From Christensenellales bacterium (lineage in GTDB: Bacteria > Bacillota > Clostridia > Christensenellales > JBMNTT01), in contig JBMNTT010000001.1 of the NCBI GenBank assembly GCA_050945875.1, positions 94,832 to 158,831 of the forward strand: a DNA stretch of 64,000 bases, in the 5' to 3' direction. The notes under the pieces were generated by a model, which saw nothing but the letters and a program-made list of their open reading frames with translations, made no database searches and was not told where the DNA came from. Below, piece by piece: positions 30,982 through 39,014 of the stretch. A program made the position numbers and the translations under genes. The first letter of the stretch is position 1; every line of letters begins with the position of its first letter.

Positions 30982-32046
30982 TCACGGCCGTTTTGACACC
31001 TTTTTGCGCATCAAATCGGGGGATAGGCTGTGGGCGACAGCCTCCTCGGCGCTGATCCGGCCCTGCTCGAAGAGCTGCTGCAGACTGGCATCCATGCCCA
31101 CCATCCCCTCCGCGCCCGAGGAAAAGATAGCCGTGTCGATCTGGTGGACCTTGGCGTCCCGGATCATGTTGCGAATGGCCGTGGTGCACAGCATGATCTC
31201 GAAGGCCGGGACGACCTGCCCATCCAAGGTGGTGACCAGTTGCTGGGAGACCACGGCCTGCAGCACCATGGACAGCTGCATGCGAATCTGTCCCTGCTGA
31301 TTGGGTGGGAAGGCGTCGATGATGCGATCGATGGTGCTGGTGGCGCTCATGGTGTGCAGGGTTGAGATGACCAGGTGCCCGGTCTCAGCGGCCGTCATGG
31401 CGATGCTGATGGTCTCGTGGTCCCGCATCTCGCCCAGCAGGATGACATCGGGCGCCTGGCGCAGGGCGGCGCGCAGGGCCACCGCGTAGCTCTCGGTGTC
31501 TGTGGCGATCTCCCGCTGGCTGATGATGCTGCGGTTGTGGCGGTGGAGATACTCGATGGGGTCCTCCAGGGTAACCACATGGCAGTTGCGAGACTGGTTG
31601 ATGCGATCGATAATACAGTCCAGGGTGGTGGATTTGCCGCTGCCCGCAGGGCCGGTTACCAGCACCAACCCCTTAGGTCGGTTACCCAGCTGTAGCACCA
31701 GGTCGGGTATGCCCAGCTGACACGGATCGGGCAGTTGAAAGGCGATCACCCGCACCACCGCCGCCAGGGAGCCGCGCTGGCGATAGACGCTCACCCGGTA
31801 GCGCGACACGCCTATCAGGGAGAAGGAGAAATCGTCGTCCCCGGCGACCATCATGGGTCCGGGGTCCCGTTCGCTCAGGGCGTAGAGCTGCAGGATCAGC
31901 TCCTGGGTATCGTCGGGCTGCAGCCGTTGCTCCCCCTGGCGCTGGATCTGGTTGTTGATCTTCAGCGCCAGGGGCAAGCCAGCCACGATGAAGATATCCG
32001 AGGCTTGCCGCTGCGCCGCGATTTTGAGCATTTCCTCCGCTGTCAT
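30982..32046 (-). CDS. pilT: PilT/PilU family type IV pilus ATPase
   Basis: ASDI, GPAGSGKST, EDPIE, PDVILLGEMRD, TGHLV.STLH, AIRNMIRD. Confidence 0.92.
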   Translation of the reverse strand: MTAEEMLKIAAQRQASDIFIVAGLPLALKINNQIQRQGEQRLQPDDTQELILQLYALSERDPGPMMVAGDDDFSFSLIGVSRYRVSVYRQRGSLAAVVRVIAFQLPDPCQLGIPDLVLQLGNRPKGLVLVTGPAGSGKSTTLDCIIDRINQSRNCHVVTLEDPIEYLHRHNRSIISQREIATDTESYAVALRAALRQAPDVILLGEMRDHETISIAMTAAETGHLVISTLHTMSATSTIDRIIDAFPPNQQGQIRMQLSMVLQAVVSQQLVTTLDGQVVPAFEIMLCTTAIRNMIRDAKVHQIDTAIFSSGAEGMVGMDASLQQLFEQGRISAEEAVAHSLSPDLMRKKVSKRP

Positions 32047-32065
32047 ATCCCGTGTCCTCCTCGAT

Positions 32066-32527
32066 CTAGTCCAAGAGCTTCAGGGGCGTTTCCTCCTGGG
32101 TAGCCGCCTCGATCAGAACGCTCCGCCAGGATACGCGCTGCCATTGCCCCGTAAAACGCCCCTGCGGATCGGTTGTCAGCGACAGGGCGACCTCAAGTCG
32201 CATCATCTCGCCGATGGGCTCCTGATAGGTCACCCGGACGCCGGAGGCCTGTTGGTCACAGCCATACCCCGCCGCCCGCAGGGCGGCCATCCAGTCCCCG
32301 CCGCCCCGGGCCAGCGCCAGCACCTCGGCCAGGCGTTCCTCGGCGCGCCCATCAGCCTGATAGTAATCGGCCGTGGCCTGCGCCGCGCGGTCGGACAGGC
32401 GCTGATCCGCCCGGGCAGAGACCAGCGAGAGGGCGCCCAGGGTGGTCAGGCTCAGCAGCACAAACACCGCCAGGATCGACACCGCGCCGGTGCCCACCGG
32501 AACCGCAGCCTTCTGTCGGCGCATCAT
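32066..32527 (-). CDS. Pilin-like protein (PilX/GspK-like N-terminus)
   Basis: Basic leader, then G-AVSILAVFVLL hydrophobic helix and YY.AD..A; inside the pilC-pilT operon. Confidence 0.6.
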   Translation of the reverse strand: MMRRQKAAVPVGTGAVSILAVFVLLSLTTLGALSLVSARADQRLSDRAAQATADYYQADGRAEERLAEVLALARGGGDWMAALRAAGYGCDQQASGVRVTYQEPIGEMMRLEVALSLTTDPQGRFTGQWQRVSWRSVLIEAATQEETPLKLLD

Positions 32528-32952
32528 CCCTCACCTCCCGGATCGCTCAGCCGGACGACCGACAGCTGGCAGAGCGGCTCCTCGCCGCGGGTCAGGGCCA
32601 AAGCATAGCGAACGGTGCGCCCCTGAGAATGGGGGGTGACGCGCAGCCGATACACCGCCCGGCCACTCTGGGGCACGGGCTGCCAGTCAGCGCCGTAGTC
32701 CATCGTCCAAGCCGTCCCCGCCCAGGCGGCTCCCTGGTCGGTCAGGGCTTGCTCCCCCTGGCTTTTGATCCGCTCCGCCACCTGCTGGGCGTGGAGCACA
32801 GCCATGGTGGTATCCGCGCTGTGTCGACTGATCAGCTTGGCCTGGGCGAAGAGCTTAACACACACCGTACTGGAGAGGGCAAATAGCAGCAGCACAACCA
32901 TCAGTTCTAGCAGAAACAGGGAGCTCTTGGAGCGGACGGGCGCGCGCCTCAT
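32524..32952 (-). CDS. Pilin-like protein with a degenerate class III signal
   Basis: RSKSS-LFLLELMVVLLLF with Glu at +5; ATGA coupling to neighbours. Confidence 0.7.
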   Translation of the reverse strand: MRRAPVRSKSSLFLLELMVVLLLFALSSTVCVKLFAQAKLISRHSADTTMAVLHAQQVAERIKSQGEQALTDQGAAWAGTAWTMDYGADWQPVPQSGRAVYRLRVTPHSQGRTVRYALALTRGEEPLCQLSVVRLSDPGGEG

Positions 32953-33440
32953 GGCCTCACCTCCACAGCGCCGCAGCGCAGGGTGATGGCGCTGGCGAAC
33001 CAGTTGCCCGACGCGTCCATGGCCTCAACGGCGATGCAGTCCCCCTGAGCGGTCAACTGTAGGTCCGCCAAGGACAAAATGCGCTGCCCATCGCCGGGCG
33101 TGGGCCGTCCCTGGGCGTAGAGCGTCAGCTCATACAGCCCGCCCTGGTACGGATAGATCCAGGTGACATAAGCCTGCCCGTCCACGTGCTGGGTCAAGAT
33201 CAGGGCGTCGGCCTGCCCGACTCGGCCCAGAGCCACATCCCCGGCGGCGTCCTGCTGGCGCACCTTCTGGCTAATGTAGGTCACGCAGCTGCGGGCGCTA
33301 TCGTTCACGCCCATGCTTTCGGAGATGCCCTGATACACATCCGCGCCCAATACCACCACCAAAAGCGCCGTCACCGCAAAGGCCCCGAACAGAGCCAAGA
33401 TGAAGACGAGGTCCGTGATGTGCTGCCGCCAGTTGCGCAT
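32949..33440 (-). CDS. DUF4860-like pilin-like membrane protein
   Basis: H.TDLVFILALFGAFA helix, G..VY, YI.QKVRQ.D, YVTWIY.Y.G.LYE. Confidence 0.7.
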   Translation of the reverse strand: MRNWRQHITDLVFILALFGAFAVTALLVVVLGADVYQGISESMGVNDSARSCVTYISQKVRQQDAAGDVALGRVGQADALILTQHVDGQAYVTWIYPYQGGLYELTLYAQGRPTPGDGQRILSLADLQLTAQGDCIAVEAMDASGNWFASAITLRCGAVEVRP

Positions 33441-33449
33441 GGCTCCCTC

Positions 33450-33782
33450 CTAGCGTGGAAAAACCAAAATCTCCGGCATCAGGTTCGCCCCGTTAAGCCG
33501 GTAATGGTAGACATAGCGGTCCGTGTCGAGCAGAAGGCCATAGCGATCGGCCAAATATTGAAGGTCCGGCGGATAACGTCCCTCCAGGGCATAGCACTGG
33601 GTGACCGTGCGCCGGACGGCCTGCTCAGCCATCTCCAGGCGTGCCGCGTCCGAGCCCACGCGCAGGGAGCGCACCCCGAAGAACACCAGCGCCACCACCA
33701 GGCCCAGCCCAGCCAGGGACGCAAGCAGCCGCCACCCACCCCCGCCCCTTTGGGGCCCTCCCACTCGCCGCATCGCCGTCAT
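33450..33782 (-). CDS. Small pseudopilin-like protein
   Basis: TM helix, amphipathic helix, CYALEGRYPPDLQYL (resembles the GspG G.YP..L..L segment). Confidence 0.65.
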   Translation of the reverse strand: MTAMRRVGGPQRGGGGWRLLASLAGLGLVVALVFFGVRSLRVGSDAARLEMAEQAVRRTVTQCYALEGRYPPDLQYLADRYGLLLDTDRYVYHYRLNGANLMPEILVFPR

Positions 33783-33788
33783 GCTCCT

Positions 33789-34832
33789 TTATCCGATTGC
33801 CGACATGATCCCCATCAGGGGCAGCATGACCGACAGGAGAATCAGCCCGATCACCAGGCACAGCACCGCCACCAGCGTGGGCTCCAGCGCCGCGATCAGC
33901 CCGCTGATTCGCCGATCCACCAGCTCCTCATAGGCCTGAGCGATGCGCTCCATCACGGTATCGAGCGTGCCGGTCTTAAACCCGATGGCGATCATACGAC
34001 CATACAGGCCCGGGAACAAGCCCGTGTCCACCACGGCCTTGGCCAGGCTCTCGCCCGCGTCCACCGCGGCGATCAGGCGGGCCGTCAGCTGCTGACCCCG
34101 GGGCTGATCCATGAGCTCGGCGGTCATCTCCAGGGACTGATCCACGTCCATCCCGCTCTGCAGCATCAGGGACATGGCCGTGGCAAACCGGCTGGCCGCG
34201 ACCGTATCGGTCAGCTTGCGAAACAGCCGGCCGCCCAGCGCGCTGAGCCAGCGCCGCCCCCGCTGGGTGCGGCGCAGCAGGATCAGGGCAAGGGCCAACC
34301 CCGCGATCACCGCCAGGATCACCACCGCGTATCGGCTGAAGGCCTCGCCCACGCCCATGATTCCCAGCGCCAATCCGCTCATCTCGCCGCCGAGCTGATG
34401 AAAAACCTGCTGGAACACCGGCAAAATCTGCACCACGATCACCCCGATGACCCCCAACATCATGGCGATCATGACCAGGGGATAGGTGATGGCGCTGCGG
34501 ATGCTCTGGGAGACGGCCTCGTTGCGCTGATAATAGGCGCACAGGCCCTCGAGCACCGCCTCGAGCTTGCCCGAGGCTTCCCCAATGCGCACCATCTGGA
34601 TCATATAGCTCGGGAAGCGCCCTGTCCGCGCCATGGCGTCCGCCAGGGAGCTGCCCATCTCCATCGGCTCGAGCAGCTGGGACAGCAACTGGGCGTCGCC
34701 GCCCGGCTGCGCGTCCTCCTGGAGGATCATCAACCCCTCCTGCAGGGGCACGCCGCCCTTGACGATGAACAGCAGCTGCTCACAGAAGGCCGCCAGCTCC
34801 CCGCCGCTCATGTCGTGTCGCTCTTTGCCCAT
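33789..34832 (-). CDS. Type II secretion system F / PilC family platform protein
   Basis: FP......IGEASGKL, A.TYP, second repeat G..TGTLD, LEP; three TM segments. Confidence 0.9.
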   Translation of the reverse strand: MGKERHDMSGGELAAFCEQLLFIVKGGVPLQEGLMILQEDAQPGGDAQLLSQLLEPMEMGSSLADAMARTGRFPSYMIQMVRIGEASGKLEAVLEGLCAYYQRNEAVSQSIRSAITYPLVMIAMMLGVIGVIVVQILPVFQQVFHQLGGEMSGLALGIMGVGEAFSRYAVVILAVIAGLALALILLRRTQRGRRWLSALGGRLFRKLTDTVAASRFATAMSLMLQSGMDVDQSLEMTAELMDQPRGQQLTARLIAAVDAGESLAKAVVDTGLFPGLYGRMIAIGFKTGTLDTVMERIAQAYEELVDRRISGLIAALEPTLVAVLCLVIGLILLSVMLPLMGIMSAIG

Positions 34833-34846
34833 GCGCCCGCACCTCC

Positions 34847-35809
34847 CTAGTAGATATAGACCTGATGATAGCCGCTGCCATCGCCCACATAATCCTTGCC
34901 CGCATCGCCCGTCGCCGCAAAGGTGGGGTCCATCATCACCCAGTTGATCCCGTCAAAGTAGATGATGTTATCCACCCAACCCGTGCCCTGGATGTATACG
35001 CTGATCCAAGCGTGGTAAATCTCCCCCACATATCCAACCACCAGGCGGGTGGGGATGCGCTGGCTGCGCAGCATAGCGGTCATCACCGCCGCGTAGTCAA
35101 AGCAGATGCCCTTGCCCGTGGCCAGGGTCTCGTCCACATCGGGCAGGTAACCGCTTGTGACGGACTCCGCCTTCTCATAATCATAGGCGATGCTGCTGAC
35201 AACGTAATCATAGACGCGTCCGACCACGTCCAAGTCGCTGGTCGTCCCCTGGGCTAACTGGGACCCCTGGGCGACGGTCTGGCTGGCCGCGGTAAAGGCC
35301 ACATACTGATTGGGATAGAGAAAGGGAGCGAACGCATCCGCCAAGGTCACCTCCCGCTCCCCGCCCAACACCTGGACATAAGAGGTATCCTGCAGGTTTT
35401 CATATATGGCAAAGTGGTAAACCCCATCGCCTTGGGTGAGCGGAAAGGTGTCCGTCACCCCCGCTCTGAGCGAATAGGTGCAGGGCGTCTGGTCCTGGAA
35501 ACCGATCTGGAGCTTGACCTTGGGGTTGTCCCCGTCGTAGCGCACCTGGATATAGCCCTGCTCGGTATTGGAGGCGTCGATCTGCGCCCGGTCGCCAGAG
35601 AGCACATCCACGCCGCCCCAAACCGGCTCGCGCACCACCGGGGTGTTCTCCCGCGCGGCAGCGGCGGGCGTAGCGGTTTGGACGGTCTGCGGCGCTGCCG
35701 GGGCGGCCTGCGGCGCCGCGCACCCCTGCAACAACAGGCAGCAGGCGACCAGCGACCAGCCCCGCAGGGCACAGCCGCGCCTTCGCGCCCGCGTGCGTTG
35801 CTTGCTCAT
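34847..35809 (-). CDS. Transglutaminase-like lipoprotein
   Basis: Arg-rich leader and LQGC lipobox; GICFDYA, YHAW, MDPT Cys-His-Asp triad. Confidence 0.85.
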   Translation of the reverse strand: MSKQRTRARRRGCALRGWSLVACCLLLQGCAAPQAAPAAPQTVQTATPAAAARENTPVVREPVWGGVDVLSGDRAQIDASNTEQGYIQVRYDGDNPKVKLQIGFQDQTPCTYSLRAGVTDTFPLTQGDGVYHFAIYENLQDTSYVQVLGGEREVTLADAFAPFLYPNQYVAFTAASQTVAQGSQLAQGTTSDLDVVGRVYDYVVSSIAYDYEKAESVTSGYLPDVDETLATGKGICFDYAAVMTAMLRSQRIPTRLVVGYVGEIYHAWISVYIQGTGWVDNIIYFDGINWVMMDPTFAATGDAGKDYVGDGSGYHQVYIY

Positions 35810-35854
35810 CCCTCGACCTGCCTGTTCTGCCCACGGGGGGCATGTGCTCTCCCC

Positions 35855-35883
35855 AGTATAAACAACTTCCACAGCCTTGTAAA
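35855..35883 (-). promoter_or_regulatory. Sigma-A promoter of the pilus-like operon
   Basis: TTTACA-17-TATACT about 45 nt upstream of the ATG at 35809. Confidence 0.6.
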
Positions 35884-36065
35884 GCGGCTCGCCGGCGGCG
35901 GCGCCATGCCCGGGCCATACGCCCAGGTTTTCCGCCAATCTGCCCAATGACGCGGGGTTGCCTGACTAGCCTCCCGCAAATTTCCACAACTAGAAGCGCG
36001 CCTCATAGTATATCGCCCTCCAATCCCCTACAATAAAGGTGAGAATCTCTCAAGAGGTCGATCGT

Positions 36066-36365
36066 ATGAGAATAGACGACGCCAATATTCTAAAGCCCAT
36101 TCTGTCAAACCATTTCAAATCCACTCGAAAACGGCTCAACCTTTCCCAATCAGACATGTCCGAGCGCCTTCACATCTCCGCGCGTTCCTACGCAGATATC
36201 GAGCGGGGCGTTTCCATCTGTTCCGCCCCGGTTTTGCTGCGCTTCATCCTCTACTGCGAGCTGACGCCGCTGGAGTTGTTGGAGCTGCTTGAGAATGTCA
36301 GCGATGGGTTCGATCAGGGAGGCGCGGCGTCATCCGAATCCCCGCCAACCGAGCCGAACGTTTGA
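36066..36365 (+). CDS. XRE family helix-turn-helix regulator
   Basis: RKRLNLSQSDMSERLHISARSYADIERG. Confidence 0.8.
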   Translation: MRIDDANILKPILSNHFKSTRKRLNLSQSDMSERLHISARSYADIERGVSICSAPVLLRFILYCELTPLELLELLENVSDGFDQGGAASSESPPTEPNV

Positions 36366-36388
36366 GGCCAAGCCAAGGGTTCTGTTTG

Positions 36389-36439
36389 GGTGCGCAAAAA
36401 TACCGGCGCTGCCCGTCCGCGCCGATTTTTTTGCGCACC
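36389..36439. repeat. Inverted repeat at the GC-rich/AT-rich junction
   Basis: GGTGCGCAAAAA (36389-36400) / TTTTTGCGCACC (36428-36439) with inner CGGCGC/GCGCCG. Confidence 0.7.
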
Positions 36440-36547
36440 TCGCTGTATAACAAGCTCAAGAAACCCGAAACCTTTACCATCTTTGAGTTTAGAAGTCTGA
36501 TTGACCTAATGGAACTACAAGACGAAGAAATTCTTATGGTAGTATAA
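36437..36547 (+). pseudogene. C-terminal fragment of a Cro/XRE-like HTH protein
   Basis: TSLYNKLKKPETFTIFEFRSLIDLMELQDEEI resembles the recognition helix onward of phage Cro-like proteins; no plausible start or N-terminal half. Confidence 0.45.
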
Positions 36548-36621
36548 AGGACAGGTTTTCCTCTCCTTTTTTATCATAGAATAATCTGCACAAAAAAACC
36601 TCCCGCGAGGGGAGGCTTAAC

Positions 36622-36993
36622 TTATTTTTCTATTCTGCTAAATTCTTTTGAACCACTGTAAATCTTCACACCACCACTGTAAAGCGAATACGTCCAAACA
36701 TATCCTTTGCTATCTTTAGGCGCAAAATTAATAGTATCTTTACTGGTATTAATACTAAAGGTGCCTTCAGAATAGGTTTCTGATATTGTGCTTTTTGTTA
36801 AGCTTATATAGGAACCATCACTATTAAACCGATACATTTCTATCATATTATATTTTCCACCAATTTCATAATACCAGTTATATTTTGTCAAACCGGACAT
36901 AACCTCGTTTTCTTCTGCGGTATCATTACCGCCACATCCCACAATGGTAAGCATTAGTATAAAAGCCAATAATATAGCAATTACTTTTTTCAT
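36622..36993 (-). CDS. AT-rich lipoprotein of unknown function
   Basis: MKKVIAILLAFILMLTIVGC lipobox; own terminator near 36592-36616; foreign codon usage. Confidence 0.8.
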   Translation of the reverse strand: MKKVIAILLAFILMLTIVGCGGNDTAEENEVMSGLTKYNWYYEIGGKYNMIEMYRFNSDGSYISLTKSTISETYSEGTFSINTSKDTINFAPKDSKGYVWTYSLYSGGVKIYSGSKEFSRIEK

Positions 36994-37127
36994 CTCTCAC
37001 ACCCCATTATTTATTATATATTGCTTCTATCATCAATTACAAAACAATCCGGCGTGCCTGTTTCGGGAAGAACTTCCATTCATGCAAAATGCCAGAAATG
37101 CCGATAGATACGGGGTTCTCAGCATAT

Positions 37128-37161
37128 AAAAAGGTTTCAAGAATTTCTTCTTGAAACCTTT
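37128..37161 (-). terminator. Terminator after tmRNA
   Basis: AAAGGTTTCAAGAA-tttc-TTCTTGAAACCTTT. Confidence 0.75.
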
Positions 37162-37164
37162 ATT

Positions 37165-37513
37165 TGGTGGAGGCGAGGGGAGTCGAACCCCTGTCCGAAA
37201 GCAACTCAATCTGGATTCTCCGAGCGCAGCCGGTATTTTACCATTCCCGCCACGGCGCCCCTGCCGGCAGGGTCACCGCTTGAGTAGCTTCATCAAATCC
37301 CACGCATCACAAAGCTTGAATGCGCTGGTTCCCTACGATCATGACGCCGGGGACCGCAGTCGTAGGCTGCTGCGGGCCGACGCTGGCGGCGTTAAGCCGC
37401 CAGAGCTACACGATTATCGTTCGCGTTTATGCTTTTCCCAGTTTTAACGTGGTCCAGGGCCACGGCTCGCTTCACAGACATCGTCTGCCCCCGTCGAAAC
37501 CAAGTACGCCCCC
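37165..37513 (-). ncRNA. ssrA: tmRNA; tag peptide ANDNRVALAA* encoded at 37424-37392
   Basis: 5' GGGGGCG..GGTTTCGAC, 3' GGTTCGACTCCCCTCGCCTCCACCA with G3:U70 pair; directly downstream of smpB. Confidence 0.97.
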
Positions 37514-37525
37514 ATGAAAAGGGGA

Positions 37526-37996
37526 TCATCCCTTCTGCCGCTGCCGGAACGCCCGCTCGATATCGCGCTTGGCATCCCGCTCGGCCATGTCCTGGCGCTT
37601 GTCGTAGAGCTTTTTACCCTTGGCAACGCCGATGGAGACCTTGACCCGCCCATTTTTCAGGTACATGCCCAGGGGAATGAGCGCGTACCCCTCCTGCTGG
37701 GTCAGACCGGCCAGCTTGGCGATCTCCCGCTTGTGCAGCAGGAGCTTGCGCGTGCGCATCGGGTCCCGGTTAAAGATATTGCCCTTCTCATAGGGACTGA
37801 CATGGGCGCCCACCAAAAAGAGCTCCTGACCGGACTGCATGCAGTAGGCGTCGCGCAGATTGACCCGGCCCATGCGGATGGACTTGACCTCGGTGCCCAC
37901 CAGGACGATGCCAGCCTCATAGGTCTCCTCGATAAAATAATCGTGCCGGGCTTTGCGGTTTTCCGCCAGGGAACCGCTGGCCTTTTTTTGGGGCAA
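37526..37996 (-). CDS. smpB: SsrA-binding protein
   Basis: [42 protein letters not shown]; TTG start with GGAGGTG RBS. Confidence 0.97.
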   Translation of the reverse strand: MPQKKASGSLAENRKARHDYFIEETYEAGIVLVGTEVKSIRMGRVNLRDAYCMQSGQELFLVGAHVSPYEKGNIFNRDPMRTRKLLLHKREIAKLAGLTQQEGYALIPLGMYLKNGRVKVSIGVAKGKKLYDKRQDMAERDAKRDIERAFRQRQKG

Positions 37997-38186
37997 CCTG
38001 CTCACCTCCCCTTCGCGCACTGGCTGTATCTGATAGTATACCATATGCCGTGGCGGCGCGCAATCTGTCGCGATGATTCTAGGATGAACCGCTGCGTGGC
38101 GGTCTATGCGGGCGCAAAGCGTCGGCAGGGCTTGATAAATTGACCCGTTCCATCGTATACTGGACTAAAAATTTAAGGAGTGCGGT

Positions 38187-38996
38187 ATGCGAAACGGACT
38201 ACTCAACGCCCTGAAGGGTTTTCTGGTCGGCTCCTCGATGTTGGTGCCCGGGGTGAGCGGCGGGACCATGGCGATTATTCTGGGCATCTACGACCGGATC
38301 ATCGCCGCCATGAGTCATCTGACCCAGAATTTGAAAAAAAACCTGTGGCTGCTGGGCACCTTTGGGCTGGGCGGCCTTGTGGGGATTCTCCTGTTGGCCC
38401 GGCCGCTGTCCTATCTGACCAAGACCTACCCCCTGCCGGTGCTCTACATGTTCATGGGGGCGATCTGCGGGGGCGTTCCCTGCATCTTCCGCAAGGCGGG
38501 GGTGCGCTCCTTCAGCCTGCGGGTGATCGCCTATCCCCTGATCGGCATGGCGATCGTCCTGCTGCTGGACCGGCTGCCCCATTTCAACCTGTTGACCGAC
38601 GGGGGCATCAGCCTGACCACGGCGCTGCTCTTTGCCGCGGCGGGGATCATCATGGCCGTGGCGCTGGTGCTGCCCGGGGTGAGCGGCTCGCAGATGCTGC
38701 TGATGCTGGGCCTGTACGAGAAGACCATGGACGCCATCGCCTCCTTTGACCTGGCCTATATCCTGCCCATGGGCGCGGGCATTCTGCTGGGCCTGATCCT
38801 GACCACCAAGCTGCTGGAGATGCTGCTAAACCGATATCCCCGGGCCAGCTACCTGATCATCCTAGGCTTTATCATCGGCTCGGTGGTGTACGTCTTCCCC
38901 GAGGTGCCCTTCGGCTGGTATCTGCTGATCTGCCCGCTGGCCTTCCTGGCGGGGTTTGGGGGCGTATATTTCCTCTCGCGGTTTGAGCGCGACTGA
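38187..38996 (+). CDS. DUF368 membrane protein (undecaprenyl-phosphate translocase family)
   Basis: Two PGVSG[G/S] re-entrant motifs, each followed by LG[I/L]Y. Confidence 0.9.
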   Translation: MRNGLLNALKGFLVGSSMLVPGVSGGTMAIILGIYDRIIAAMSHLTQNLKKNLWLLGTFGLGGLVGILLLARPLSYLTKTYPLPVLYMFMGAICGGVPCIFRKAGVRSFSLRVIAYPLIGMAIVLLLDRLPHFNLLTDGGISLTTALLFAAAGIIMAVALVLPGVSGSQMLLMLGLYEKTMDAIASFDLAYILPMGAGILLGLILTTKLLEMLLNRYPRASYLIILGFIIGSVVYVFPEVPFGWYLLICPLAFLAGFGGVYFLSRFERD

Positions 38997-39014
38997 GCCC
39001 GGAGGCGCTGCGAT

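Larger units (their letters stand above)
36440..37164. mobile_element. AT-rich islet, probable decayed integrative element remnant at the ssrA 3' end
   Basis: Abrupt AT-rich composition abutting the tmRNA CCA end; no integrase present. Confidence 0.5.
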
